Shown piece after piece: positions 13,717 to 26,954 of a DNA stretch of 64,000 bases (position 1 is the stretch's first letter; each line of letters begins with the position of its first letter). The position numbers were made by a program, and so were the translations under genes. The DNA lies in the NCBI RefSeq assembly GCF_003918875.1, contig NW_025767022.1:682001-746000 (forward strand). Direction: 5' to 3'. The stretch comes from Haliotis rubra (lineage: Eukaryota). The notes beneath the pieces are model-generated. The model had not been told where the DNA came from and did no database searches. It saw only the letters and a list, made by a program, of their open reading frames with translations.

Positions 13717-14960
13717 AAGTGTGAACTGTGTTTTGGGCAAATAACGTTTTTATCATACAATTCTGATAGGTATTTGATAGAGTGTTCTATCTATATGTGC
13801 TGGGGAACAAGCTGTTTTAGGCGCCAGCATTTGTCAGTGCAGAGTTACGGCCCTTTATCCTACGTTTGAACCGCAGATGCGCCCTGACTGCATGATTCGT
13901 GGTTTGTTAACACGATTGTTAATGTAGATGTGTATCTTCATGTACCAAGGTACGTGATACGGCCGGTAATGGCTTGTGACCAGTCATCTTTAAAGATCAA
14001 GGTTGACGGATACAGGGCAACGAAAAGCCGTACCTTGTATCCACACAATCACATTAATTATATACAAGACCGGAAATGTTATAGTCGATGTAATTAAACA
14101 CATGTTATTTGAAAAGAAATATCAAACGGTTTTCTCGTAAGTGTCCGGTCAGACAGAACATCAATGCACTGAACACACTCACGTCTTCCTGATGTGCAAC
14201 ACATGTTCCCTTCTTTATAGATTAAGTAAGGTGTCGAAATAGGCATTGGTCTCAGAAATTCTAATCAGTCAAGCCTCGTTAGCAGAAAGTCTCGGTGACC
14301 ACAAAGATCATATCAACTTACCTCTTGTCCGAGATAACCGCAGCTGTAGCTTGAGATAAACAGAGAGTCATTGGACAAGACGGACAAGATACTGGGACCA
14401 TTAAATAACGTGGACAGGTATCGTATAAAATCTTTGAAGTGATATATATAAAGGTGGTAGGGGAAGTATGGATGTCAGCTTCTGTATCCTGAGGAACACG
14501 AACTTGGGAGGATATTTTCAGTCCTTCACCAAGTGAATACTTCCGAAGAGGGCAATAGTATGTATTTGACATGAGCATAAAGATACACAATGACAAAACC
14601 GCCAAATGTTTCTATGAAGATGTCTTGTGTTATAATCTGTACCTAGGAAGGAGCAACCTAACCTATATTACACAGGGGAATTAAACCCGAGTCTCTGGTA
14701 CACCACCGTACCACTCACCACACCATGGATAACCGGCTGTTTCAGACTTGACCTGACAACGCGATAACATATTCAAAATGGTTACCCCAGACAGTTTTAA
14801 TGGTTGCATATGAAATAGTCGTGATTAACAAACTGAAACCCACACTGTGTCGTGAGCATATCAGTAACAGCCTTTCCTTGCTGTCACTCGAGTCCCTCTA
14901 GGGTCATAAAACAGGGGTCGAGTTGTGGCCGGGCCGGGCTTCACGCCTCTGTGAACGCGC

Positions 14961-16104
14961 CTTCATATCGCCAGAGTAACAGTAAATACTCATTTCGTCT
15001 GGGGACATTCAGTCATCATAATGTGATCTTCATATCGCCAGAGTATCAGTAAATACTCATTTCGTCTGGGGACATTCAGTCATCATAATATGATCTTCAT
15101 ATCGCCAGGGTATCAGTAAATACTCATTTCGTCTGGGGACATTCAGTCATCATAAAATGATCTTCATATCGCTGGAGTATCAGAAATACTCATTTAGACT
15201 GAGGACATTCAGTCATCATAATATGATCTTCATATCGCCGGAGTATCAGTAAATACTCATTTAGACTGAGGACATTCAGTCATCATAATATGATCTTCAT
15301 ATCGCCGGAGTATCAGTAAATACTCATTTAGACTGAGGACATTCAGTCATCATAATATGATCTTCATATCGCTGGAGTATCCGTAAATACTCATTTAGAC
15401 TGAGGACATTCAGTCATCATAAAATGATCTTCATATCGCTGGAGTATCAGAAATACTCATTTAGACTGAGGACATTCAGTCATCATAATGTGATCTTCAT
15501 ATCGCCGGAGTATCAGTAAATACTCATTTAGTCTGAGGACATTCAGTCATCATAATATGATCTTCATATCGCCAGAGTATCAGAAATACTCATTTAGACT
15601 GAGGACATTCAGTCATCATAATGTGATCTTCATATCGCCGGAGTATCAGTAAATACTCATTTCGTCTGGGGACATTCAGTCATCATAATATGATCTTCAT
15701 ATCGCTGGAGTATCAGTAAATACTCATTTCGTCTGGGGACATTCAGTCATCATAATATGATCTTCATATCGCCAGGGTATCAGTAAATACTCATTTCGTC
15801 TGGGGACATTCAGTCATCATAATATGATCTTCATATCGCCAGGGTATCAGTAAATACTCATTTCGTCTGGGGACATTCAGTCATCACAATATGATCTTCA
15901 TATCGCCGGAGTATCAGTAAATACTCATTTAGTCTGGGGACATTCAGTCATCACAATATGATCTTCATATCGCCAGAGTATCAGTAAATACTCATTTCGT
16001 CTGGGGACATTCAGTCATCATAATATGATCTTCATATCGCCGGAGTATCAGTAAATACTCGTTTAGTCTGGGGACATTCAGTCATCATAATATGATCTTC
16101 ATAT
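14961..16104. repeat. Minisatellite, 67-bp unit, ~17 copies
   Basis: CTTCATATCGCCAGAGTATCAGTAAATACTCATTTCGTCTGGGGACATTCAGTCATCATAATATGAT; first two units start at 14961 and 15028. Confidence 0.95.
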
Positions 16105-16389
16105 AATCTTCCCAAGCCAAGCAGACAAAACAGGGGATACTCGTAAATAACGGAACATATCCAGACGTACACGATATATTAGTTTCTAGTAACAATTGTT
16201 TGGAATTAATAAACGATTTGGAACAGCATTACCACCGGAAATGAAGTCCAGCAATAGATATAATGACCGAGCGATCCTGAAGGACGATTCGCCAAAGATG
16301 GGAAATTTCAAGTTTGAAAGGTCTTTGGATTAGTGCTAAGATTTTTCAAACATTCATTGACAGCCCTTCTACAATGTTTTTGTAGCCCC

Positions 16390-16487
16390 TTGCCAGGTTC
16401 AACCAATGAGGTCAGATCTTGTTGCCAGGTTCAACCAATGTGATCAGATATTGTTGCCAGGTTCAACCAATGTGATCAGATCTTGTT
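16390..16487. repeat. Minisatellite, 32-bp unit x3
   Basis: TTGCCAGGTTCAACCAATGTGATCAGATCTTG repeated three times. Confidence 0.9.
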
Positions 16488-17029
16488 TATCTAGTTTATA
16501 GAATATTGTCACATTTTCTGCATGGAACGTTTGCGCAATGAAATATCTTATCTGTCTCAGGTATGCTGGCATTGGCAGTCAAGGGATGTTGTGTTTCTGG
16601 AGGTTGGAGGCATTGCCGTCCTGAAAGAAGAAACGTCAACCCACACGCCTTGAATACACCATATCCGATCCTCTGCCAAATCTCTCAATAGTCCAACCCT
16701 ATCAAGGAAGTACAAGGTGTTTGAAAGCACGTGATCAGTGACGATTACACAGGTCTCGACGTTGTGTTCATAAAGACGTCCGTTCGCAGTATGTTGATTC
16801 GCCTTGCGAGGCACAACGTGGCCATCGAGCATGGAGATCTAGTCAGACCCATGACTCCTGGCAGAGGCTCACATCAATGCTATTTGATGTCAGTCCACTC
16901 TCATAGTTGACCCGGAACGTTGTCGATCGTCAGGTTTTTAGTTTTCGGTTTTTATATACCTGTCCCAACTCCAGACTGTGACACACTGGTGTAGTGCTGC
17001 CTGCAGCGTACTTTCACCAGTCAGAGCAT

Positions 17030-17257
17030 ACCAGGAGCCGCTGGCCAGTAGCCTGTAGCATGTAGCCTGTAGTCTGTAGCCTGTAGCCAGTAGCCAGGAC
17101 CCTGAAGTCTGTAGCATGTAGCATGTAGCCTGTAGTCTGTAATCAGTAGCCAGGAGCCTGTAGCCTGTAGCCAGTAGCCAGTAGCCAGTAGACTGTAGCC
17201 TGTAGCCAGTAGCCAGTAGCCTGTAGCCTGTAGTCTGTAGCATGTTGCCTGTAGCCA
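17030..17257. repeat. Heptamer-variant simple repeat
   Basis: Interspersed TAGCCTG, TAGCCAG, TAGTCTG and TAGCATG. Confidence 0.9.
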
Positions 17258-17752
17258 CTCTGTGTATTGCACTTCTCTTATTCACCCATAAAACAATGAG
17301 TGAAATCAAGCATGATAATCACAACTGCATGATAAGCACAATCAATAAATCTGGAAGGAATAATAATCAACAAATCCATTAATCGATCTCAAAATCAGGA
17401 GTGACACGTTACGCACCTGTAGTCCTGCATGCTGCACGAGCAAACTATGGGAAGTGCTGGTATTACGGTCTGGAGAACTAAACGTTCATGCATGAGATGT
17501 TTGTTTATTGTATTTATATTTCTTTTATTGCTGCACTGAAGCTTTACCTTGCGTTCTCATTTGTTACCCTTTTTATGTTTTACTATAAATATTCAACATA
17601 AACATACCCCACCAACTGTCGGTCACCTGTTTGGTAAATTCACCAGCATATACTTTCACAGAAAGATAAAGGCCGCAGAAATTATTAGCAACCGACAGAC
17701 CATGTGATGTTCTGGGACCGGGCTTTTGTGTGGATGTAGGATATATTTTGAG

Positions 17753-18042
17753 TGAGTGAGTGAGTTTAGTTTTACGCCGCACTCAGCAACATTCCAGCTA
17801 CATGGCGGCGGTATGTAATTAATCGAGTCTGGACCAGACAATCCAGTGATCAACAACATGAGCATCGATCTGCGCAATTGGGGACATGTGTCAACCAAGC
17901 CAGCGAGCCTGACCACCCAATCCCGTGAGTCGCCTCTTACTACAAGCATGGGTTACTGAAGATCAATTCTAACCTGGACCTTCACGGGTATAGACAAGCA
18001 TGGGTTACTGAAGATCAATTCTAACCCGGACCTTCACGGGTC
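17753..18042 (-). mobile_element. SINE-like retroposon, family A, full-length copy with duplicated 5' end
   Basis: (GAGT)n tail at the left end. Perfect 11-bp TSD TATATTTTGAG (17742-17752 / 18043-18053). 52-bp tandem duplication of the head (units start at 17942 and 17994). Confidence 0.9.
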
Positions 18043-18764
18043 TATATTTTGAGCAACAGCTGTAACACCTGATATTTTTTTACATAAACCTATCAAGCTA
18101 GATATTTTCTTCTTTAAACATATTTTTACAAAGTATCTTTTGGTAACAGTCATCTTAAATCTCGAACTATAATTAATTTTTTCTTGCTTTTTCTTGAATA
18201 ATTAATTGGGTTTTTTTTAATTTATCGATTTTTAAAAGACGGCCCTGAGTTAACTCTGTCCACGTGGTATTGTATGGGCTATACAGCAGTGTGTGAACTG
18301 CAGCCTTATTACTTGAAGTACAATCGTCTGAAAACGCCAAGTTAAGACGGGGAAGTTTCTGAAACGTTCGTCTCCTATTCATAAGACTTCATTATCATTT
18401 GAGAAGACGCAAAGCAATTGTAAATGTACTCACAACAGTTAATGGCCCAATTTGCCCAAACATCTATGCCACTTCCATTTCTGATGTTTGCGTCAGACCG
18501 TAATCGCAAATATATCTCATTTCAGATCGCCATATCCGTCCGCACGTGGGCACACATTGTGCATGAGAAGTCGGTCGGCACACGTTACATGTGCTGCCAT
18601 TATTGCAATCTGCTCGTCATGGCTGATCCGGGTAATGGGATTAATGCAGATAGCGCATATTGAATCATGATTGCATGCGACTGGTATATTTGTTTACAAG
18701 TCGTGTGCTCATCGCGTGTCGCCATACACATGGCACCATGCTGACGTATCTGTACCGTATACAT

Positions 18765-18995
18765 CCCGTGAATATGTGCCCTGGAATTGGTCTTCAGCAC
18801 CCATGATTGTTGTAAGAGGCGACTAACGCGATCGGGTGGTCAGGCTCGCATGATGATGATGATGATGATGCTGGTCGTGCGGACAGATGCAGATGATGTC
18901 AACCACTGGATCTGTCAAGACCAGGTCATTTACTGACCGACGTCATACCGATGGAATGAAGCTTAATGCGGAGTTAAATAAAACAAAAACATACA
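18765..18995 (+). mobile_element. Diverged family A copy with an internal (ATG)n run
   Basis: GGAATTGGTCTTCAGCACCCATG...GTAAGAGGCGACTAACGCGATCGGGTGGTCAGGCTCGC aligns to the other family A copies. Confidence 0.75.
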
Positions 18996-19091
18996 ACTTC
19001 ACAGAATGCTAACATGCTAATTTCAGGAACGACATGTTACTAAGGACCTATACTCTATATACCGATGGCATTCCCGTAGTACATATATAAT

Positions 19092-19140
19092 GCGCCGTAA
19101 TATTGCTGGAATATTGCTGAAAGCGGCGTTAAACCAAACG
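19092..19140 (+). mobile_element. SINE/LINE 3'-tail fragment
   Basis: GCCGTAATATTGCTGGAATATTGCTGAAAGCGGCGTTAAACC matches the tail shared by family A and the element at 51370. Confidence 0.6.
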
Positions 19141-19367
19141 ACGCTCCTGCAGTACATATTCAATCTCCGTGCCAGGAAACATACCCAGTCTTGCATTTCC
19201 TGAGAAACATGGGGTAAAGGGCAAAATGACAGTATAGGAATGGGCCACTAACAGTCAGTGGTGACACCAGGTGTTCGGGGAGGGGAAGTATGTTCTGCCC
19301 TGTCTGTAACACCCGCCATTCACACGTTGTGAGACGCTGACTCGTATGTAGACTGGTCCAAGTTCAG

Positions 19368-19428
19368 GAGTAAGTGAGTGAGTTAACATTTATAGTCACA
19401 TCGACAATATTTCAGCCATATCGTGACT
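19368..19428 (-). mobile_element. SINE/LINE 3'-tail fragment
   Basis: GAGTAAGTGAGTGAGTTAACATTTATAGTCACATCGACAATATTTCAGCCATATCGTGAC; matches 10970-11020. Confidence 0.55.
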
Positions 19429-21213
19429 AAATCAGTTAATATGTTAACAATAGATAATATAACATAAAATATAAAATCTGCCGACAAAGGACAGTAAAAC
19501 AGCTAGAAGCTCACAATTTGAGGTATTAAAAATAACATTTAACTTAAAAAATCTATGACTATTAGGGACAATGCAATATAAAATGGGCTATAGATCACCA
19601 ACAACTGAAGCTAGATCACCGTACCAGGGACTATGGGGACTTACAGTACATTTGCTACCTGCCCAAATTCAGGAAAATATTGCTGTACACAATCTACACT
19701 TCCTTAGAAACCTTAGAGTACGTTCCCCGTCCTATACTACCCAGAGTCACCTGATGATATACCAGCTGTAGACACTAACAAGAACCTCTGTTGAAAATAC
19801 AGTGTGACGGGACTGCGACTATATATCACTCTGGACAATTAAAAACACACATGATTCACGAAAACGGATTTACATTATAATCATATGTTAACCAATTTAA
19901 TATATTTATTATTTATAGTTCAAGCCACCATGCAGAGCTCCAATGATGCAAACACATTATTCCTATGGATGCCTGGTCGAGCCACCCGAAACCCTGATCG
20001 CAAGTGGTACCGATGACACGTCGTCATTCACTCCTACCTTCACCGAGTAAGCGGTTTCAGATTCATAAGAAAAGAATGAACGAAGACAAAGCACTACACC
20101 TACAAGACGCAAGTCGGTAAGACACGATTCTGTCTGTCTTTGAACAGGTGTGAGAGCCTCTGTAGCTGTGTATCATTCAAGTGGGAATTTCACAAAATCA
20201 ATACTTCATCTAATCTGAGAGTAAAGATGAGCGCCTACAGCGTAGCATGGAGCTCTGCATACATTTGTCTGTGTATTGTCAAGTATATTGTGTCTGAATA
20301 CCAGAATAGACCAACTAGAAAGAAATCATTCTGCTGGAAAATACATATTGTTTATTAAAGAAAACTCTGCCCAACCCTTGCCACCGCGGATACTGGCGTG
20401 CACATCGGTATCAACATTCATCATTATACAGGGTAATGAAAACCCTTGTGTGATACTTGGCCACGGAATAATCTTGAGAATCTAATTAAAGAGTGAAATA
20501 GGTAGCTGGGTTTTCCATTTAGGATGTTTATGGCTGTATCAAATGTTCTATAGCACATTTAATTTGCTACTGCGATATTTAATTTACTACTTTCATTTTA
20601 GGTATGGCGTAGCTTGCCCATACCGACAGTAAAGACAAATATTCATGAGCGCTGTGTAGCTATTATCACAGTAGTGGATAGCAGTTGTTTCTGTCACAGA
20701 GTGCTCTCCCTTCTTTTTTTCTCATTTTTCCTTTAAGCGGTAAGTGGAATGCGAACGTACACCCAATAACAGGCGTGCTCGTAATGGCGCAAGTGTCGGC
20801 AAGCACATGCTTCCATATAATATAAATATCGTAGAGTTCTTAAAACACTTTTTGCTCTAAATAAACGCCATCCTTGCTGAGTGTATAGACTGCTGACGTG
20901 TTATGGCTCTTCTTACAACATTTGTTGAGAGACAGAAGTGCGGGCACATAAGTTATCTTGATAACGTAAGCAGACAAATCCTTATATAAACCAACACCGG
21001 CAGATAGAGCATGTATAGATGAGGCCTCAGATCCGGAACATTCAGGTGTTGCATGATCTAGCAACTGGGGAGATGTCAGGTGCTTGGTGGTCCAAATAAT
21101 CACAAGAATCAAAGCGTTCTTGGAGTAGAACACCACATATCTGGTGTCGACACCACTGTCAACTAATATTACTGAACTTAGTTTAGCGTACGTGTCTGAT
21201 ACAGCATCATCCT

Positions 21214-21298
21214 GATAGATGTGTGATATCTACCACTATCCCGAGAGGATGTTGTGTCAGATAGATGTGTTATATGTACCACTACCCCAAGAGGACGT
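21214..21298. repeat. Short tandem duplication, ~46-bp period x2
   Basis: GATAGATGTGTKATATSTACCACTAYCCCRAGAGGAYGT at 21214 and 21260. Confidence 0.75.
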
Positions 21299-22825
21299 AT
21301 CGGACTGAATATTCGTTGGATCAGCGGTACATTTTGATGTGAAAAATTGGGCTTTATTAAAAAAAAAAGTTAAAATTCACACACGCCAGTATGTCAATTA
21401 CTCAGGGCTTTTTTCTTAATATTCTGATTCCACTATAATTAGCTTTCTTCCTCAAAACCCCAAGCACGTGTTCTTCTCCCCTCCCAGGTCCCCCAAATAT
21501 CAAAGGCTTTTGTTCGTAAACCGTATATATATGTGCCTCTTCACAACATTACCTACATATGTTATAAAAACTCTAATCTCGCGCCACTTCGGTATGACAT
21601 CACAGGACAAAGTCCTAAACTTTATACCCATCATATTTTTCTAAAAGCGTCTGATACTAATCAACTAATGCATACACACGCGTATTGCTATCGTGGCGCC
21701 CTTACAACTACTTATCTATCACTTCTAGCTGTAGAAATGCCACATTGTGAAATCACATGGTGCTAAGAGAGTGCCAGGCTTGGAAATCTGGAGATTCCTA
21801 AGTTTATGGATCGTGACGGATGACCGACATTTTAACCGCGTTCTAGGCACTGGTGGCCTACTGTGGTACCAATCATCTAGCGGTGTGAATTATAGTTCCC
21901 GGGCCGTTGTATTGACATTAAGTATATGATGTCCCATCATATTTAACAAAACAACACATCAGCAATCGGTCGACTGTTTCGCTGACAATCTAAGCTGGCT
22001 TTCTGGATTTCACCCAATGACCCCATGCACTCAAAGAGGCCAGAGTTTCTCCGGCCAACTCGACCAGCTCCTCTGAACATGACCCATGACGCCTAAGGAG
22101 CATTTTGAATAAGTGGTCCGCGCCTTGTGAAAATAACTCAGGATGCAGAAGCCACTCTGATTACATTGTTGCTCGGATTGTGTGTGGCCTTTGTAAACAG
22201 AAAATATGAAGGCAAAGCGTGCCCCCTCTGAGGCAGCTATGCAGTAGGGCTAGTTACAGCAACGTTGTAAATCATTACAGCATGTGTTGTCGTCATTTGT
22301 AACCGCTTGTATGGCGTAAACAAATGATGGAATTCCCAGTCCCATATTAAATACCCGCCACCATACGGTGAAATTTACCTGCGTCTGACAAACACTCCGA
22401 TCGCCAATTCGATCCAGACTCTCCGCTATCGTGATTTGCATGGTAATTGAACGTATTTCGGTTGCATTGTGAGGATGCCTTCAACAATGTCCCTGGGTGC
22501 AATATATTGTTGCCACATTTCAATTCACCTTATGCGAAAGAATAAAAGCGGTTTAACAACGAATTAATTGTGAATATCAGAAACGGTTTGACTGCTGTTC
22601 CTGAAATGTCATCCAATGCCGTGGAGAGGATTAATATCGGGGTATCTAAGCCGGGGTCTTTATGTGAGATTTATTAAATTGGCGCTTAAATCACTGCATG
22701 TCCTCATTCGTCAGATCACTTTGTAAACTGTGGTAACGGCGTCTGATAGCATTAAGACGGATACTACTTCTCGTTGGTTCCCTGATTGGAGTCTGTCCAC
22801 AGTGACCCATGTGTATTTGTCACCA

Positions 22826-24491
22826 GGGAATTAGTCACCAGCGTCTCACGTGTATGTCTCAGTGTGGAATCGTTCCCCAGCGTCTCACGTGTATGTCTCA
22901 GTGTGGAATCGTTCCCCAGCGTCTCACGTGTATGTCTAGCGTTCCCCAGCGTATGTCGTGTATGTCTCAGTGTGGAATTAGTCACCAGCGTCTCACGTGT
23001 ATGTCTTAGTGGGGAATTAGTCACCAGCGTCTCGCGTGTATGTCTTAGTGGGGAATTAGTCACCAGCGTCTCACGTGTATGTCTCAGTGTGGAATCGTTC
23101 CCCAGCGTCTAGCGTGTATGTCTTAGTGGGGAATTAGTCACCAGCGTCTCACGTGTATGTCTTAGTGGGGAATTAGTCACCAGCGTCTCGCGTGTATGTC
23201 TTAGTGGGGAATTAGTCACCAGCGTCTCACGTGTATGTCTCAGTGTGGAATCGTTCCCCAGCGTCTCGCGTGTATGTCTGTTCTTGCAGTGTGGAATAGT
23301 TCCCCAGCGTCTCGCGTGTATGTCTTAGTGGGGAATTAGTCACCAGCGTCTCGCGTGTATGTCTCAGTGTCTCAGTGTGGGGAATCGTTCCCCAGCGTCT
23401 CACGTGTATGTCTTAGTGGGGAATTAGTCACCAGCGTCTCGCGTGTATGTCTCAGTGTGGAATCGTTCCCCAGCGTCTCACGTGTATGTCTTAGTGGGGA
23501 ATTAGTCACCAGCATCTCACGTGTATGTCTTAGTGGGGAATTAGTCACCAGCGTCTCACGTGTATGTCTCAGTGTGGAATCGTTCCCCAGCGTCTCACGT
23601 GTATGTCTTAGTGGGGAATTAGTCACCAGCGTCTCGCGTGTATGTCTTAGTGGGGAATTAGTCACCAGCGTCTCACGTGTATGTCTCAGTGTGGAATCGT
23701 TCCCCAGCGTCTCGCGTGTATGTCTTAGTGGGGAATTAGTCACCAGCGTCTCGCGTGTATGTCTCTCGCGTGTAGTGGGGAATTAGTCACCAGCGTCTCA
23801 CGTGTATATCTTAGTGGGGAATCGTTACCCAGCGTCTCGCGTGTATGTCTCAGTGGGGAATCGTTCCCCAGCGTCTCACGTGTATGTCTCAGTGTGGAAT
23901 CGTTCCCCAGCGTCTCGCGTGTATATCTTAGTGTGGAATCGTTCCCAGCGTCTCACGTGTATGTCTTAGTGGGGAATTAGTCACCAGCGTCTCGCGTGTA
24001 TATCTTAGTGTGGAATCGTTCCCCAGCGTCTCACGTGTATGTCTTAGTGGGGAATCGTTCACCAGCGTCTCGCGTGTATGTCTCAGTGTGGAATCGTTCC
24101 CCAGCGTCTCGCGTGTATGTCTTAGTGGGGAATTAGTCACCAGCGTCTCACGTGTATGTCTCAGTGTGGAATCGTTCCCCAGCGTCTCACGTGTATGTCC
24201 CGGTAATCTTAGTTCCCCCAGCGTCTCACGTGTATGTCTTAGTTGGGAATTAGTCACCAGCGTCTCACGTGTATATCTTAGTGTGGAATCGTTCCCCAGC
24301 GTCTCGCGTGTATGTCTCAGTGTGGAATCGTTCCCCAGCGTCTCGCGTGTATGTCTCAGTGTGGAATCGTTGCCCAGCGTCTCACGTGTATGTCTTAGTG
24401 GGGAATTAGTCACCAGCGTCTCGCGTGTATGTTTCAGTGTGGAATCGTTCCCCAGCGTCTCGCGTGTATGTCTCAGTGTGGAATTGTTCCC
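22826..24491. repeat. Minisatellite A, 39-bp unit, ~43 copies, two interspersed variants
   Basis: AGTGTGGAATCGTTCCCCAGCGTCTCACGTGTATGTCTC and AGTGGGGAATTAGTCACCAGCGTCTCGCGTGTATGTCTT. Confidence 0.95.
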
Positions 24492-24766
24492 GAGAGCAGA
24501 AGATAGAGGGTTCGATAACCGGCCGCGTCATACCAAAAGACGTTAAAATATGGTACTTGTTGGTCCCCGCCTGGCGCTCGGCATTAAGGGGTACAACATG
24601 GACTCGGAGTGAACTGCGGCACGGTATCTCAGTGAGCGAGCACTATCAAAGCAGCTTCAGGGCTAGTACAAGCAGCCACACATACGCACGTATGCATGTC
24701 GTCGAGCGAAATATTCTTAAGTGGTACGTTAAACTCAATTCCACCTCACCTCACCTCACCTCACCT
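24492..24766 (+). mobile_element. 5'-truncated tRNA-derived SINE with a V-domain-like body (V-SINE/RUDI-like)
   Basis: B-box-like GGTTCGATAACC at 24509-24520. Then CGTCATACCAAAAGACGTTAAAATATGGTACTTG...GCGCTCGGCATTAAGGGG, which resembles the V-SINE domain as I recall it. Later CAGTGAGCGAGCACTAT, and a GAAATATTCTTAAGTGGTACGTTAAAC tail ending in (CACCT)5. Confidence 0.75.
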
Positions 24767-25065
24767 CAATGGTGAATCAGTTCCCATCAAACCACGTGAA
24801 TGGCTACAAGGTGAATCGGTACCCCACCGAAACACGTGAATGGCTCAATGGTGAATCGGTCCCAAGCGAAACACGTGAATGGATCAATGGTGAATCGGTT
24901 CCCAGTGAAACACATGAATGGATCAATGGTGAATCGGTCCCCAGCGAAACACGTGAATGGATCAATGGTGAATCAGTTCCCAGTGAAACACGTGAATGGA
25001 TCAATGGTGAATCGTTTCCCAGCGAAACACGTGAATGGAACAATGGTGAATCGGTCCCCAAACGT
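24767..25065. repeat. Minisatellite B, 39-bp unit, ~7.5 copies, homologous to minisatellite A
   Basis: AATGGTGAATCGGTCCCCAGCGAAACACGTGAATGGATC; 29/39 identical to unit A without gaps. Confidence 0.9.
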
Positions 25066-25156
25066 CCGACATGTGTATTGTCTCAGCGGGGAAACATTCT
25101 CAGAAGGCAATCGTTCACCAGCGTGGCATAGGTTGCTTGGCCACTGTGTATTTCGA

Positions 25157-26756
25157 GGGTTAGGTCCCATACTGCCTACAGTTCCAAACTGCCAACATCC
25201 CAGACTGCCAACCAAAACATTGTAGGCAGCGTGGGAAAAGATGTTTTACCCTGTAGAATAATGGAACAGCCCGAGTATCAACGAAGAAGGGGTGCTTCGT
25301 TTGGAGTAAGGGATAATTAGGGGGATTATATTACTATATATCTGTACATCTACTTCTGTGTATAGTATGTTTTGAGTCTTCTCATCCAATAAAGACTACA
25401 AGACAAGTACAATGATATTGTTGTATTTTGTTCTGGGAAGCAGTTAGCATGCTTATATTGTAACCTCCAAAGCAGGATTAACTTAATCCTATTTGATCAA
25501 GTTGGGTAGGCTTGTTTTAACTATGTTGTTACAGGTTTTGTCTGTCTTTGTCAGATTATGTCGAAAAACCTGGTAAGGACTAAATTGTTGAGAAGATCTC
25601 ATCTTCTCAGTTAATTAAACTCCTAATAAATTAGAAGGGGAACCAACTGTATCCATCACACAATGGCAAATGTTCAACGCGTTCAATTCATCACTTCTCA
25701 AGCAGGAGGACAGCAAGTTTTCTTTGCTGGGTACCGATATCGCCTCAACGTCAGACGACAGACCACAACACATTGGAAGTGTGTACATTCTGAATGCAAA
25801 GGCCGCTGTTCTACACCTGGAGACTTCATGAAATCAACAACACCGCACAACCATGTCCCAGTGGAATCTGAAGATGAGACTCGACTCCTTAGAAGAATGC
25901 GTCAGCGTATAAAGGAGGACGTCACATCCATTCGGCAGCTGTACGATGAAGAGTTGTCTGAGGTTGCTGACCCAGCGTCTGTACGATCGTTCTCGAGTGT
26001 AAATTCCTCCCTCTACCGGCACAGAAGCAAAGTTCTACCAAACCTACCCAATTCTCTAGCTGATGTTCAATTCGAAGGACCATGGACACAGACAAAAGAT
26101 GGACAGCAATTCTTGTGCATTGATGATGGAGACGACGACAAGATACTGGCTTTTGCTTCAGAGGACATGCTCAACTTGCTCCACAGCGCCGACAAGTGGT
26201 ATATGGATGGAACTTTCTATGTTGCACCAGCCCTATGGGACCAGCTGTATGTCATTCACTGTATGGTGAATGGGGATATGTATCCATGTGTGCATGCGCT
26301 GTTGCCAAATCGTACGAGGGCTACCTATGTCAGACTATTCACGTTGTTGAATGATGTTGTTAGGGACAAAGTAAGGGTGAACTTGCGCCTAGTGAAATCC
26401 AGATAGACTTTGAGGTGTCAGCCATCAGGGCAGTGGAGGAAATCTATGAGGATTGTGAAGTGCGTGGATGCTTCTTCCACTTCACTCAGGCTGTGTGGCG
26501 AAATGTGGCTGAGAAAGGACTGACAAACGATTACAAGGACATCCCACAGGTGCAGACCCATGTCAGGAGAGCAGCTGCCCTTCCACTACTTCCACGGGAC
26601 ATGGTGCAGGACACTTGGATCGCTGCCATGGACGAAGGCCCGGAGACAGAGAAGGTCAGGAACTTAAACGACTACGTCACGAGTACATGGATGGACTATG
26701 AGGCACGTTTTCCGGTACGGATCTGGACGCAGTATGGAAATATTGGCCCGCGCTAG
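25157..26756 (+). mobile_element. Mutator-like (FLYWCH-MULE) DNA transposon, right end missing
   Basis: Putative left end GGGTTAGGTCCCATACTGCC with repeated ACTGCC motifs and a local inverted repeat (25166-25180 / 25221-25235), followed by the transposase. No matching right TIR seen; the left boundary is inferred. Confidence 0.65.
25663..26756 (+). pseudogene. FLYWCH zinc finger + MULE transposase, frameshifted and truncated
   Basis: N-terminal GYRY...HWKC...CKGRC...HNH (FLYWCH-type). MULE motifs WYMDGTF...QLYVIH, IDFE and GCFFHFTQAVWR. Frameshift near 26386-26388: restoring one base gives NLRPSEIQIDFEVSAI. Ends at IGPR-stop before the expected TNNxxE motif. Confidence 0.9.
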
Positions 26757-26954
26757 TGCCCCAATGCCCCAAAGCTTACCTTTCCCGCGGAAATACAGAG
26801 TTAACACGGTCGCAGTGTCACCACGTTATTTAGCCCGTGAAGATTTATATTGGAACTGGACACAGAACATTCATGTGTATTTTCCAGTAGGGATTTAACT
26901 GTGAAAAGGTCCAGCTCGCCCATGTATTTCCTACTGCCCTCCCCATTTCGACTT

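Noticed and set aside
19257-19322. Fragment resembling a common mollusc retroelement end motif (ACCAGGTGTTCGGGGAGGGGAAGTATGTTCTGCCCTGTCTGTAACACCCGCCAT)
   Set aside because: The resemblance is from memory only; it is a single degenerate copy that cannot be classified without a search.
24492-24530. tRNA gene (also considered at 51370-51430)
   Set aside because: Only box-like remnants with no cloverleaf; these are SINE heads.
22764-25225. 13-aa repeat ORFs (SVSRVCLSVESFP, PSETREWINGESV)
   Set aside because: Products of 39-bp arrays, broken by indels and a SINE; no splice or coding context.
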